Below, piece by piece: positions 24,972 to 39,250 of a stretch of DNA of 64,000 nucleotides. The stretch is from assembly GCA_030324005.1 (NCBI GenBank), contig JARDVH010000177.1, positions 8,815,528 through 8,879,527 on the forward strand, read 5' to 3'. A program made the translations under genes and the position numbers. The notes below the pieces were generated by a model that saw only the letters and a program-made list of their open reading frames with translations, searched no databases and was not told the origin of the DNA. The stretch comes from Negaprion brevirostris. Its lineage: Eukaryota. Position 1 is the first letter of the stretch; every line of letters begins with the position of its first letter.

Positions 24972-25035
24972 AGGGAATTTTCACAGTAATTTCATTGCAG
25001 TGTTAACACAAGCCTACCTGTTACACTAATAAACA
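24972..25035 (+). mobile_element. Isolated SINE 3' tail
   Basis: gggaattttcacagtaatttcattgcagtgttaacacaagcctacctgttacactaataaa. Confidence 0.8.
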
Positions 25036-25988
25036 AACTATAAGACTTAAAGAAAAATACTGTACAGAGAGGGGATCTGGTTCTGTCATAATTAGTTGAC
25101 AATGGCAAATGGGATTTGAGGATGTAAGTCTAAATCTTTCCTATTTGCAGCCGGACTTTAGGATGCAGATCAGACTTGGAGGTATTCACATACCAATCAG
25201 AACCCTACCAAATATCCCAGATGAACACGTTCCACCTTCACGTTGCAGGATAATGAGACCGCCTGTTGTGTGGATGCAGTTTTCAATGCTATATTACACT
25301 AGGCCTGAATGTATTTACCTCACTCGCGCAGAGTAAGAATTTAACAAGTCGAATTCTACTTCTGATCTGATGGGTGCAACTAAATCCAGAGATATGGTTC
25401 AAAGCCGATCACACTCAAATTCCATCACTTGCTGAAATTGAAAATGCTATGGCTATTCAGGCAATGTCACAATACTGCAAAATTGATGAATATCTCTGCC
25501 CAACTGCAATCCTGGTTTAATTCAAATATAGTTTTAGTATTGTAGGGGATGCTATTGCTGACAGTTTTACAAGTTACATCTGTTCCAACATAATAGTAAA
25601 TTTCACTATTTATTTACTCTTCATTGAGAAATTTCTGCAAATGAACCAGTTACAAGTTGAAGTCAGTCAAAAAGGTAGTAGTTCAAATTGCAGCTGCCTT
25701 GGTTGGAGCACAGTGCAAGAATGATTATTATACAGCTTATTACTGTTGTATGGGGAAAAAAGTAATTTAAATAGAACCACACTCCATTCCCTGTGCACCC
25801 CCAGACCATTAGTGAATTTTGCACTTTTGTCTTCACCGTCATACATTACGTTCTGCTTACATGCAGACAGTCTCTGTAGCATCAGATGAAAGAAACAGAC
25901 AAGGCCTATGGGGATTTCCTAACTCTACGCTCTTGTCTGTTGACACTGCATATTAAAATTAATGATCAAAAATATTGAGAGACCTCAC

Positions 25989-26027
25989 CCTGCAATTCCC
26001 TGACCTCTGTTGCTGGTACGTGAAGCT
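25989..26027 (-). CDS. Candidate 39-nt exon, phase 1-1, (E)LHVPATEVRELQ
   Basis: Minus strand: ttagttttgtcagcacag|AGCTTCAC...TTGCAGG|gtgagg; good donor, moderate acceptor. Confidence 0.3.
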
Positions 26028-26889
26028 CTGTGCTGACAAAACTAACTCATTTATCCAGTGTGTAATATGTTTATCTAGTTGATATTTTCAGGTAGCTTCA
26101 AAAGGATTGTGTCTACTGTTAACTGAAGTTGATATATTTTGGTGCTAGAGCGGGCAAAAAAAAACACAAGAAAATCAACAGCACACTTTGAACAGAGGTG
26201 AAAAGATTTTTGACTATGGAAGCACCAAAACCTAGTTACAAACTGCATTTGATCTTCCTGCGTCTTCCCCTAAAGTTTCACATTCCTGCATGGACACTTC
26301 CTCACATTCTTTTCCTTTAGGAACCATTCCTTTATAATGGGGGTCCTCATTCCCCCCCAATAAGTTTGTCAATTCTTCTGATTTAAGCAGATGTCACAAA
26401 TTGCACCTTTTTAAATCCAAATCAGTGGAGAATAAAAAATTGATTTCAAGTTTTATTGCCTATTGCCCTTAGAGCCATTTAAATGAAGGACACTAATGAT
26501 GTCATTGTGGTATTCTGAGTCTTCTACAAGAAATTTTCAAAGATCACCGCCAAGATTTATTTGTATGCATATCCCCGTGGATTGCGAACATGCAAAGTGC
26601 ATGTTACTCTAATGTTATGAAATATTGCTATTTTGCTGACATTGTAAATTATTGTGCAAATTATGGAAGGCTGTCGAGTTGCATTTATGCAACCAAAGTT
26701 CAAAACAATAGCTACAAAATGTAGACGTATATTAAAAATAATACAGAGACAGTCAAAACAGCTTCATATTGAAGTCATAGCAAGCAAGAATTGGGTGAAT
26801 CTAAGGACAGACAAGAACTAAGATCAGCTACAATCTGATTAGTGTTAGATAATGAGACTTGAACGCAACATGGCAGATGATCAAACAAA

Positions 26890-27400
26890 CAGTGGTATTT
26901 ATATAGCACTCTTACGTCCCAAGGTGACTCATAGCAGCATTATAACAAAAAGCTTGCCACTTGCCACAGAGATCATGCAACAGATGACAGACAGCCTGCT
27001 CAAAGCAGTAGGTTTTAAGAAGCGTGTCAAAGGAGTAGCAGAATGAAGGGAGAAAGGTTTACGGAGGCAATTCCAAATGACAGCACCATGGCAGCTGATG
27101 GCACAGCCACTGATCATGAACTGATAAAAATCAAGAATGTGAAGAGACCAGAAATAATGACGCACAGGTAATTCTGGAAGAGTTGTGGGGCTAAATAGGT
27201 CGTAGGAGCTCACGTACGTAGAGCCCACAAGGATGAGGTTTTTAAAACTGAGGCAGGAGCCAATGTAGGTCAGCAAGCAGAGAGGATATAGACAAACAAG
27301 ATGGTGCAAATAAGACACCGACACAGCTTTGGACAACTCAAGTTTACAGAACTGTTGAATTTGATTCGGGAGGGAGAAAGAAAAGTGGTCTAATTTCCAC
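26890..27400 (-). mobile_element. L2-type LINE 3' fragment
   Basis: ORF 26929-27405 contains a decayed L2 C-terminus (FK.LILV...GCAISCHGAVIWN.L.KP). Confidence 0.75.
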
Positions 27401-28291
27401 GACATTTACCACTAATTCTGTGTAGGCATTAGGTCAAGTGACCAAAATAAAATTGTCCAAGTAGCACTGAAAATGCCAAGGAACACTCAGCATTCAAAAC
27501 TGAGAAAGTCAATAAATTAATGACAGGATCAGCATCACCGCTAGAACTTTGTTCATAATCTTAATATTTTGCATATCCAACATGGTATGTTCCGAGAACT
27601 CCCAATTAGGTAGTGCTGTGCTCTCTTTTGATTTTTTTTTTGCCCTTCAAACGGGGGTGCAAAAACCCATTGTCAAATCAAACAACAGATATCTAGACTC
27701 ACCTGCTTAGTTTCTGTTTTCCTAGGAAGCACTTCTCCCCATAGGGACACATTCCATTTGTTCAAATCTAAAACACTATCAAATTGGTAGCACTCAGGTT
27801 TAGGGCCCCTGGTGACCACGTAACCATTGCTGGAACTCAAGTCAGTTTAAAACTGTGCAACTTTAAGAGTTGCTCCCTACTGCTTGCCCAGCCAGGTATC
27901 CATTGAAGAATTGGCTTCCAGCGTTTGTGTTACCTGATGCAGCTCTCAGCGGCCAGTCTAGCATTCAGGTTCCAGTGAAGCTGATGATCAATCGTTAACA
28001 ATATCGTGGGTACTGTGCACTAACCTGGTCTATGCACATAATTACTAGCTTGTCAGACAGTTGAGTTGATTCAAAGCCTCAGTTTCCAGGCTTATCTTCA
28101 GAAGTATTCCAATCCCAAAAAACACAACTTACTTCTTATTTCCTAAAGGCAAAAGTGATCAGTTGATTGCCATACCAAGATGGCACCAAAATTGAAATTC
28201 AGTATGCCCAGAAAAATCTTGTTCACCACCTCACAGTAGAAATGTAAATGCGGGACCAGTTGAATAAATTATATAAAAGATAATAATACAA

Positions 28292-28624
28292 TGGGAAACG
28301 CTGGAGGGAGTGCAGAGGAGGTTTACTAGGCTGATACCGGAGTTGAGGGGGTTGAACTATGAGGAGAGGCTGAATAAANNNNNNNNNNNNNNNNNNNNNN
28401 NNNNNNNNNNNNNNNNNNNNNNNNNNNNNNNNNNNNNNNNNNNNNNNNNNNNNNNNNNNNNNNNNNNNNNNNNNNNNNGATAGGCAAGGGGATTAAGGGT
28501 TATGGGGAGAGGGCGGGAAGGTGGAACTGAGACACGACAGATCAGCCAAGATCTCATTGAATGGCGGGGCGGGCTCAAGGGGCTAGATGACCTACTCCTG
28601 CTCCTATTTCTTATGTTCTTATGC
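28292..28624 (+). mobile_element. CR1 LINE 3' end spanning a gap
   Basis: LEGVQRRFTRLIPELRGLNYEERLNK; tail ttcttatgttcttatg. Confidence 0.92.
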
Positions 28625-29589
28625 TAGATATTCACTGTGGTGTCAACATCCCAATCAAACCATTCTGGTGAAAAAGACCTAAACATCTGGGCAATAGAAT
28701 AAGATAGAGGAAGAAATAAAACAAAACTGTGGTGAAATGAAAAACAAATTAAAAAGGTTTAACAGAAAAACTGAAGGCCCAAGTGAACCAGTGATACAAG
28801 GCTGACTTTGGAATGCTAACTTGGTTGGTGGCCTTGAATTGTGCTTAGTATAAACAAATAAAACCATTTCAACTATCACAGAATTCATGCCAATGTGAAG
28901 AGAATGAATGCTGCTTGGCTGTTACTTGCCACTTTTGCACTCAATGAAAATAACTCAATATTTTGTAGTCACTGTTTGGATTTTGGTGCGAGCACTGAAG
29001 TAAATAAGGACTGATGTCCTTAACAACTTTTGCTCTGCTTTTTGGCCTTTTTCTGCCAAAAATAGGAAGAAAGAATAGAAGTCAGAACCATGGGAGCTTA
29101 CAGCTCATGACCAATAATTTGATTGTCTAAACCTTAGTGGATTTTCCTCAGGCCTTGCTGCAAAGTGATTCAAGTCCTGATCTGTATGATGACAGGAATC
29201 AATTTGTTACAGGTTACCCATTTTAAACTTCAAATTTGTTCTTCCCCTCGAAATTGGTGATACAAATTTGAAACTACTCCCACAAATCTAATAAGGATGT
29301 AGGAACAGATCAATAAATTCTCTTCTATTGTTGAGAGCTTTACAGTCATGACTGATGTCAGTTACCAGAGAAAATAAGCTGTACAGAGAACATCGAAACA
29401 GGAACGACAAATGAGGAACTATGAGCAGTTTCTCAAGGACACCAGTACTGTGTTTTGGATAAAAACTCTAAATTGTTTTAAACAGAAATGAGTTTACCAG
29501 AAAGTAACATGACTTTCAGTTGAGGACAGGAAACCAGGAATGTTCCTGGTTTTTAACTAAATCTATTATTCAGTTTTGAATCAGGGAGC

Positions 29590-29800
29590 TGGTAGAAAAT
29601 TCCTATCTTTAGCTGTCTTGAGGTGACAGTACTTGGTCCTCTTCTTGAAGTACTATCAATCTGCAGTGAAGATCTTCCCCTCATAACATTAAACAAGAAA
29701 TTCCAGGATATCGACCCAACAATCCTTAAGTAAGCAAGTTACATGTGACTTGAAAGGAGACTTGGAGGTGTGTCCTCATGGTCTTATTGCTCTGCTGGGA
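29590..29800 (-). mobile_element. Old LINE 3' tail fragment (same family as 58400-58900)
   Basis: cttgaggtga..cttcttgaag..ttccaggatatcgacccaac..gtgacttgaaaggagacttggaggtg. Confidence 0.55.
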
Positions 29801-32477
29801 GAATGAAGGTGGCAGAACCACAAGACAAGTGGTGGAACTGAGGAAACAAGTAATTCAACTGCCAATTTAACAGGTGAAAGAACATTTGGTGGCCAAGTGT
29901 AATTCATAACCTCTCTTTCCACTCCTCCAGCTCCTCTATTCCTCCGTAGACTTGCCGATCCAAATTGACCTCCAGAAGCAACGTATCCACCTGCTCAATA
30001 TTCATATGTAAATTTATATAGCAATGGTCACAAGGTGTTTTGTACTAGGAGTCTCAGCAAAACTGGATTTCTGCTCTCGTCCATTGATCAAAAATATTTG
30101 AGTATTCACTGATGTCAGAAGCAAGATCCTTCTTCTCCACGTGTGGTTGAAGGCCAAACGCATTAGCCCATTGGCCAAAATCATAAGACCAAATGAAGGT
30201 TTCTCAATCTCGGCATCGTTTCATAAATTAGTTCACTGCAACAACATCCAGGACTCATTTTAAAGATGGAGGTAAGTTTACAATGGGAGATATGAAATCT
30301 ATCTGCATTCATGCACAAGTGTGCAGAGTATAACGCTATCTGACTCAGATTCAACGTGCAGAGGCAGAGCAACATTCCAGTAGGATGCTAAATAAAGATC
30401 AAAACATGTGACAGGACAAGGAATAGCTTGCTAGTGCACTCATTACAGCCTACCCCACCCTGACCCAGGTACTGTACAATTTAACAAATGCACCTCTAGT
30501 TGTGTTAAGGTGACTACAACAATTGTTTCTTTTATTTATAAATGTATTCCCAGTGATTCATTGCTAGTTCCTTCAAGCTGATTGAGTACTTCAGTATAAA
30601 ATTCTACACACCAATACAGCAACCAGTGCATAGTTCCAAAAGTTATGACTGCCCTCAGAATGTTTGTCGGAATTATGCAGCAAAATCCTAGGCATCTGAA
30701 ATGTCAGCATCAATAAAGTGCCTTTCGAGTACTATAATTGTAATACCCGAACTCATCTCAGCTGCCAACAAGTTTTCTTCATTGCTTCAATTTGGACAAA
30801 AATCTTAAAACCTCAAGACTCTTTTCCTCCTCCCTCCCTTTCCCACCCAAGGTGAAGCAAGATACAGGAAAGGAGTCTTAATTTCTAAGCTAATTTTTCC
30901 ACATTCACTTTTTTCAGTAGAGTAGAAATATTTAGTGACTTTCTTGTATTTTGCAGGATTATATTAAATCCTTATACTGCAACATATCAGGCAAAGTTTA
31001 ATTTAATTGGAGTTCAAGCTTTGCAAGTAGTATAACGTACTGTAGAACTACATGGTTGCTTCAAAACAGATTAAAGCATTATTCTGCAAAATGTTAACTT
31101 CCTACCTTCTTGTATGTGCTTCACACCATCTTGATTTTAGTCAACAGATGTGTCAAAGTGGAGAGTGGACATTTGGCTCCAGCTCGTGTGCAGCACGATT
31201 AAGTCAGAAACTACACTGGAATTCGTCTTACCAAGTGATATTACATTAAGCAAAATTGGAGAATATTGTTTAAAAACAGCCATCAACTCTTATTAGAAGG
31301 TGAAATGAGAGAGTTTCGATTGTACAATGATTCTGCATGGAAATCTGTTGAGCTTCAAATTCTTAAAAGGATGATAAAATTAAATGAACTTCTAATAATC
31401 ATATTTCGGTATGTATGATAACACCACTATTCTAGATACTGACAGCTAGGACAAAAGTTTAGATCTGACACTAAAATGGTGCTCAGGAGTTCCATTACAA
31501 TCCGCAGCATTTGCTTTGTATGCCTATGGAGTACACAGACACTGCAATGGTCTAGTAACTAAATGTGTTATATGTTATAACATTGAACCACATGGATCAA
31601 AAAAGATCCAACCTGTGCTGTGAAACTCAGGGCTTCAGTGTTGCAAAGGACAAGAAAATTACTTGGACTCAAACTCCTAAACATCAGCCAGAGAGCCATG
31701 CGAGAAAGTGAGCTTACATAGATGTTGGGAGAGGTCAGAAAAAGGCTCAGCCTTGATGTGAATCAAGTAATGCCTAGCTTCGCAAATAGAATAGGTAACT
31801 GGGTGATGCCATAAGAACAGGAGGAAGCCAGTTAGCCTGTTCTGCCAATCAATGAGATAACGGCACATCAATGACTGAACTGCACATACCTGTCATTGCT
31901 CCATATCCCTCAACACAGAATCTGACTCAAAATTAATTATCTAGCATTAATTGTTTTTTTGCAGAAGAGTTTCAGAATTCCACAAACCTGTTGTTGTTCT
32001 AGTGCTAAAACCTACTATGGATGCTAAAAAGTCTGCAGGGGCATCATGGCACTCATCATTAGTTACAATTATAATCACATGTACAATTAGACCAGTTTTC
32101 TTTGTGCCAAAACACGACTTGTTTAATTTGTGCATGTGGTATTCTTGACCAAGTTTGAAGTGCAGTTGCAAACGAAACCACAAATGTACTAACGTAAAAA
32201 AGTGCAATTACGGGTGGGAAATGAATCCTGGCTTAGCCAGCAACACCCACATCCCATAAATGAATTTGTAAAAAAATCCAAAGACAACCATACCTTACTT
32301 ATTTCATGCAGACCATTCAGCTTTTCACTTTGGTCTCTCCTGAAAAGAAATTGGAAAATACTGTAAAGACTCTGCTGAGAGAATCTAACAAAACATTAAG
32401 CAGAGAGTACATGTGCAATGCAGTCAAAAAATTCCAAAACACGACAAAAGGATGCATACAATTAGCTAAACAAAACC

Positions 32478-32602
32478 ATGGAGTGTATTGTCCGACCTTG
32501 CTTGGGTGAGGCTCAAAATCCTGCCCGAGGCAAAAGAGAATTCTATTCTGGAGTTCACCCGCCCTGATTCTGGGTGGGGAGTAGCGGTAAAATTCTGGCC
32601 CA
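32478..32602. mobile_element. MITE related to 18870-19007
   Basis: Ends in aaaattctggccc; GC/CpG-richer than its flanks; left end decayed. Confidence 0.55.
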
Positions 32603-33139
32603 CTATATTCACCTACATCAAATGCAATCTTAACTTCCAAGCAAATAGAACCAAAAATTAAAAAAAAAAATCAGTAGAAACTGATGGGCAAGTGAGTTTT
32701 TCTAGAAATTAGTTACACAAACCTTAGTGGCCTGGATGAAATCTCTAACCTATGTCAGTTAAATGGTGCAGATGTTACAATTTGGAAAGGCATGCAAGTC
32801 AGTGGTTCTACTGTATGTGGATTTTTGACTCAATTATGATACCCAAGTGTTCCTCGCAGTTCAATAGCTGCCAATACTTATTATAGAGGCTCACAGGAAT
32901 GAATAGCAACTTACAGGGCACCCATGGAAACAACAATTATTCATTACTATCAGAGAAAAATAGCAAAATTAGAGACCTCCCAATTTAGAAGATAAATGTG
33001 TTTCAAATATTCCAATTGGTGCTGATAAATTAGAAGACTTAGCAGCACCTTTTATTGCAAATCCAATTTACCTCGACATATGTATAATTTGAAGCAACCA
33101 ATGGGAAAGGACAGAAGAGAAAACACCTTTTGCTCAGTA

Positions 33140-33430
33140 GCACCCCAATCATAAGATTAGGATTTCAACTCAGACTTCATGGACCTGAATAAATAATCCA
33201 GGCTGATCCTTCAGTGCAATTCTGAAGGAGTGCGGCACTGTTGAAAGTGGTCATCTTTCAGTTGAGATGTTCTAACCAGTCTGCCCTCTTGAGGGGACAT
33301 AAGAGATTCCATGGAACAGGGGAATTTTCTTGTTGTCTTGATATTTATTTCTCAACCACTGCTAATAAAAAGATCTGCCAATCATTTAGTGGATTGATGT
33401 TTATAGAATCTTGCATAATTGGCTGTCATG
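33140..33430 (+). mobile_element. Deu-domain SINE (SacSINE1-like)
   Basis: ccaggctga..cagtgcaattctgaaggagtgcggcactgttgaaagtggtcatctttcagttgagatgt...atatttatttctcaacca matches the Deu core as I recall it. Confidence 0.75.
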
Positions 33431-33514
33431 TTTGCCTTGGTGGAAAAGCACTTGTATGCAATAAGAGAGCTCAAGACTGGCGCTGATGTTATGAATCATT
33501 GAAATGTGTACAAA

Positions 33515-33568
33515 ATAGAACATTACAGCGCAGTACAGGCCCTTCGGCCCTCAATGTTGCGCCGACCA
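33515..33568 (-). mobile_element. Very short CR1 3' tail insertion
   Basis: Near-identical to the reverse complement of 22337-22395. Confidence 0.85.
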
Positions 33569-33614
33569 TGGTTTCAGAAAATGCATCTAAAGTTGTCATA
33601 GCTGCTCCACTATT

Positions 33615-33788
33615 TGAGAGGGAGCACTGACTGGCGATTTAACTTGAGGATCAGCACACCTCAGAGAGGGGCAAGTTTGAGGAGGTAGGTCTTCATGAAT
33701 AACTTCAGCCAGTATAGAAATCAAACTAACATTCTCTGCATCATGAACAAGCTAGCCTTTCAGCCAACTGAGAGCTAACCAATGCCCC
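33615..33788 (-). mobile_element. tRNA-derived SINE fragment
   Basis: Minus strand begins ggggcattggttagctctcagttggctg (A-box-like), then ggctgaagttattcatgaag...cctcaagttaaatcgccagtcag. Confidence 0.65.
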
Positions 33789-35074
33789 AAAAACAATGTG
33801 CGTAACTAAAGTATAACCAGCCACTCTACATGTTATCAGTGATGCAGACATCCAAGGCCTCAAATGGGAGGGCAAAAATTTATCCAAGTAAAAAAGTTGA
33901 AAGGTTAATTACTCTGTCCTACTAGACAAATTGAGAAATTTCCTTCCCTTGTAAAGGGTTTGCTACTGTACCCCTTCAAGTTCCTTTAAAGATTTTTCTC
34001 CAGTCCAAACAAAGCCTAACTTTGAGTCTGGTATAAATGACAGGTTTGACTGCTGTTAGTGGAGAGTAGCACATTCTTAGAAGATACTTACACTGTATAC
34101 TCTTTTATTCTACTGATCAACATCACTGATGAAAGTTGATGCAATTTACTTCCCAGTGTGTCCTTTAACATTAAAGTTACATTGACAACATGGTGTGTCC
34201 ACATTCAGAGGCCACCAGTCCCTCATGGTTAACAGATATTTTTGTTATCTGCTATTAAATATCAATATTTAATGATGCTATTGATGTAGAACTAAGCAGA
34301 CCGTACACAGTAGAATAATGCTAATTATTCTACAGAGCTAATTAAACCATGTAGAAACAGCAGAACACTTTTAATCAGCTCATAGTCACTTATTCCCAAG
34401 TAAAGTATACTTTAACGTTAATCATTAATGAATGGCTCAGGAACATATATTTTTACATACTGGTAAGGGCTTTTAATTTCTTAATTTAAAATCAAAACTT
34501 TTTATTCTTTTCTTTTGCTCTGTCCACTAACAATTTACAGTGGGTTCCAAAATACACCACAAATTGACTGTTTAACATTTACTTGGATAATTACTGCATT
34601 ATGCATTTCTTGGATCAATTTTTTTTTATTTTTGCAGGATACTCTTTGGACTGCATAAGAATATCAATACCATCTCCCCTTTCATATCAAGCGAATTATA
34701 ACAAAATCCCTGATTTGGAAGTGGTGACGGTGGTTTGTAAATAGCATCTTCTTTTCCCCAACTCATTTTCACTCGTAATTGTCAACTTTTATTTAGTACT
34801 TCTGAAATGATTCTATGATGCAAGTTAAATTCCATGTCATTTTAAAATGAAATATTTCCAAAATTTAAAATCAACTTATGTACAGACCATGAAACTGAAA
34901 AAAAGGGAAATATTTCCTTTGCAGTCAATTATTTATGGTCCATGAATTCCATGAAAATCACTCATGTATAGAGCAATACTGAAGGCTGGTTTCTACAGAA
35001 ACAAAGGGAGAGCATTATTAGCAAATTATTTGCCAGAATACAATTAGGACAATCAATTTGTTCCAGCAAACATT

Positions 35075-35345
35075 CCTATAGCACTTTTCACAAAGGAATC
35101 TCAAAGTGCTTCACAAAATAATTGGAAACCCAATGCCATGCAAGAAAGAACACCCAAAGAGAGACAACAGAATTAGAAGAGTTTTAAAGAGGTGACAAAG
35201 TAAACGGTATAGGGGAGGGAACGGTGAAGGAATTAATTCAGGGACACATAACGGATGAAAGAACTGCCACCAATGATGTAGTAGTATTGCGAACCAAGTA
35301 ATATTGGATGAGCAGCTGATGACTTGCATGATCACCGGCGATGAA
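35075..35345 (-). mobile_element. Old L2-type 3' fragment
   Basis: tatagcacttttca..tctcaaagtgcttcaca tail; similar to 26890-27200. Confidence 0.5.
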
Positions 35346-36129
35346 TAGGTGCAATAAAGCAATGAATCACTGCGACTATATAAATACACTCAAATACTAA
35401 TGTGACCTACATAGGCATTAATACATGTATTATGTTTAGTTCTACAAGATGTTTCAGTAGACAGATTAATCATTCTTTGTGAACCAACAGAACCAAGTTC
35501 ACTGCACAAAGAAACAGGCAAGATTTCACTCTATATAAAACTTTTATTTCAACAATCAAACCAAAAATCAAGAAAATTATACATGAACAAACAGGCAAAT
35601 TGCTGTCAACATTGATTAAACAGTCGATACAAAGGTAGGTCTCAGACTTATTGAGCAGCCCACTTAGGATATATGGCACTACATTTAGCAAAAGTCCTTC
35701 CAACTCTGGTCTTCCTCAGGTAGAGTTCCAATTCCTATTTCTATGCTAGCTTCAACTACCAAGTCTCCTCCAACAGTTGACCCCAATCAGAGTCCTCATA
35801 AGATGGTCTTCATCCAAAATGACCAGCTGTTTAAATTGGTCTGTTTAAAATAAGGCACCAGTGGAGCAGCAATAACAGAACTTTGTGTATTCCTGTTCCT
35901 GGATCCAGCTTCAGGTTTCCTTCTTTAAAGTGCCCCACATGTAATTCTCTCTAATTTGCCAACATTGTGTAATCTAAGCTTTTATGACTGTGTCTTTGTC
36001 TGGTTTCAATTAGTTTCAGTTGCTCTTGAAGCCTGACATCAGATTCCATTTCAGTTCATGCTGGACTAAACAAAAACAAGCTTTGAAACCAGGTTCCGTC
36101 CAGCCAACAGCGCATCTAACAGAATCAAT

Positions 36130-36306
36130 GGCACCTCCTTCAATGCAGAGGGGGGTCATCTGGCCCATCGAATCTGCACTGACCACAATCCCAGCCAGGC
36201 TCTACCCCCATATCCCGAATATTTACCTGCTAATCCCTCTAACCTATGCATCTCATGACACTAAGGGGCAATTTTAGCATGGTCAATCAACCTAACCCGC
36301 TCATCT
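36130..36306 (-). mobile_element. HE1-like SINE 3' half
   Basis: Reverse complement of the 23750-23900 tail (ggggcaattttagcatggtcaatcaacctaacc). Confidence 0.88.
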
Positions 36307-38599
36307 GTCAAACAATAGGTCTCAGATGCTTCCCATTAGGTCCTTCAAACTGGATTCCATCACAAGACATATTCTTTTAGCACAAAACTGAAACATACCG
36401 TTAAACATTAACTACTGAACTAAGCTTATTTAAAGACAATACTGTCCATCAGGATCAATCTATTCACTTAGAAGGGTGATCAGAGCCAAATGTTTGTATA
36501 CAGTACTTACGAAGAATGACAGAAAGTGACAGCTGAACAACATAAGGAAGAAAACATGGTTGCTGTTTTGGCTGTGTGCAGTACAGATTCAAATTGTTCC
36601 TCCAAACGATATAATGCTTTCTGTTGTTAGAACATCTGCTAGCTCTTCTTGTATAGTCCGTTGACCTCGGGCGGGAATTTTCAGTCTTCTTGAGTGTGGC
36701 TCTAAAATCTTCCCCGTAGTTTTTCCAGCTCGCAAGACAGTGTTGTCAAAAGTGTCTAAGAAGTCCCAAATTATAAGTCTTTCCCAGAAAGGACGTAGAC
36801 CTCAAAGTAATCCTAAAGGGTTAATGATACCTACACAGCAGTGCTTGTCAGCGTTGACACCAGAGCAAAAATCCAGGCAAATGAACACAAGACCTCAGTA
36901 AACTATATGAAATGCCAAAGTGATTGGGAATATGTTATTTGTGAGTTATGAGGAAGATTCAAGTGTTAGAACATAAAATGATGGTTCAAAGTAAAGAAGC
37001 TGTCAAAGTATTAGATTTAGTGGGATCAGGGAAAACTCATCTCATTTTGATAATAGTTCTTTGTTGCAATATTTAATTACAAAATTGTCAGTGCAGTACC
37101 TAACTTGATTCAAAGACCTACTTTTATAACTCTGCTTACTATCAGTTAAGGTAGGAATGGAGTGTTCAGAAGTGGGAAATCACTGGATACTCTGTCACCC
37201 TCTACATATCAAATGGGAGAAGAACTTAAGCTGCAGCTTAATTAATGGCTGAATGGTACTGTCAATCAGTAATTATGCTTACACGATCATTTTTAAAGGC
37301 TAACCAATTCCTGTAGCACGATCTGTCTTCTAAAAGGCATATATTTACTCAAACAATATAAATCTTGCTAAAATGTAACAGCATGTGAAGGGATTGAAAG
37401 GAATAAATGTACAATTAAACTTTACCAGTGAAACATTCTTTGTCAGAAAAGAAATACTTTTTCCTCACCAGAATCAGAAAGACACTTTTATTGGTATTAA
37501 CAATTCAGATAAGTTATTTGATAACTCTTGGGCTTGGTGCAGAGCTTTTAGTCTAGTGACAGCCCCACCTTCCCTGATAAGGCTAACACTTAAAAACCTA
37601 AAAGAAACTCGATATTGCAACATTACTGAGTTACTTAGTTAAAAATTACCACAAAACATCTGAAATGCATTACTCCATTAAGGTGGCAATTTAGAAACAA
37701 TGTCTCAACATCACATTTCACTCATTATAAAAACTGCTGTGAACCAGAACTACGTTGAATATCCAAGTAGCATACAAGGTGCACAACTATAAATAGTTAG
37801 CTTTTTTTATATGCTTGGTACTAAAAATTAATCAAATCTTCGTACTAGGGAAGAAAGATAAATACAAGAGTTGTTTAATCAGTGTCCGAGCATTGGGCAG
37901 CACTTGATTGTGCACCCACAAGATTTTGCTCAACTCCTCAGCACGTGCTGCAACTCCAGCTGCCATGTCTCATGCCCAGCTCAGCTGCACTTCTGCTGCG
38001 CTGGGCATCCGCTCCCTTGGTTTCTAGGAGACGGCTGACAGTTGCTTGGCAACCGGCTAATAATTAGCTCAGGGCAACCTACAATGCCTGGCAAAATGCC
38101 AGTAGTGAATAACAGACGTACTAAAGAGAGAACCGGAACCAAACTTGAAACATGAGCAATGCATCTCCAGCTGCCAGTCCACCTGATGGAATTTTTTTTT
38201 AAATAAAAGCAATGTTTGCTTTGGATTCCAAGATCATTCTTGTCAGATCCAGGCTGGTAGCAAGTGTGGCAACATGTGAGTGCCACAGAGTCAATTCTCT
38301 AAATAAGGAGATTTTGTATAATTAACATCCTCATCTTCCCAACAGCACACACTGATCAACCAGAAAATCTGCTCTTGAAGTCCAAGCAACTTGGGTCTAA
38401 TTTAAATTTAGACTTGCTTGTTGGTTTGTTCAATTTGAATTTTGAATGCAGGTTTAGACAGGATGAACTTTAGCAACGCCATCTCATTCAAGGATAAATC
38501 GTACATTACTTGCTTCTATACATACAACTTCAAGATGAATGAATGTTATAAAACTCCACAGTGCACTACCTTGCTTGAATAGAACAGGGTAGCTTTCAA

Positions 38600-39250
38600 A
38601 ACATGAAGTACGTTGGAAAACTCAAGCTTATCGACTTTGACGGAAAGAACAGAAAAGCAGCATACTATTGAAATTGAGAGTGATTGCAGAGCTCAAGTTA
38701 GTACAAAGGCGTCTGGGTCTCCTCATACATGAATCAAAGTTACATGCACAGCAAGTGATTAGAAAGACAAATGGAATGTTGGCATTTGTATTCTATTCCC
38801 TTTCCAATTAAAGTAGAGAAGTTTTACTGCAGCTGTGCTGAGCCTTGGTGAAGCCACAGCTGGCATACAGTGCACAGTTTTGGTTACCCTATTTGAAAAA
38901 GGGTTAATTGCATTTGCAATTCGGAGAAGGTTCACTCAATTCACTCCGGAGATAAAGGGCTTAACTTGTGAAAAAGGTTGAACAGGTTGGGTCTTTATCC
39001 ATTGGTGTTCAGAAGAATGACAAATACTCTTACTGAATCATAAAGATCCTGAGGGGCCTTGATTGGGTGGATACCAGAAGGGTGTTACCTCTTGTTGAAG
39101 ACCAGGCCTTGGGGACATAATTTAAGAATGAGTTGTCTCACTTAGGATAAAAAGGAGAATACTTTTCTCTAAGGGCTGTAAGTCTATGGAATTATCTTGC
39201 CCAGAATGCAGCAGAGACCTGGTCTTTGAAATTATGAAGACAGAGTTAAG
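38600..39250 (+). mobile_element. Decayed CR1 LINE ORF2 C-terminal fragment
   Basis: QQVIRKTNGMLAF, VLLQLC.ALVKPQL.Y..QFW.PYL, RRFT motifs. Confidence 0.85.

Noticed and set aside
27803-27817. CTCF-like ggtcaccaggggccc
   Set aside because: Mismatch in the GGC core
29532-29553. 10-bp perfect inverted repeat aaaccaggaa-tg-ttcctggttt
   Set aside because: Isolated and short; no supporting context
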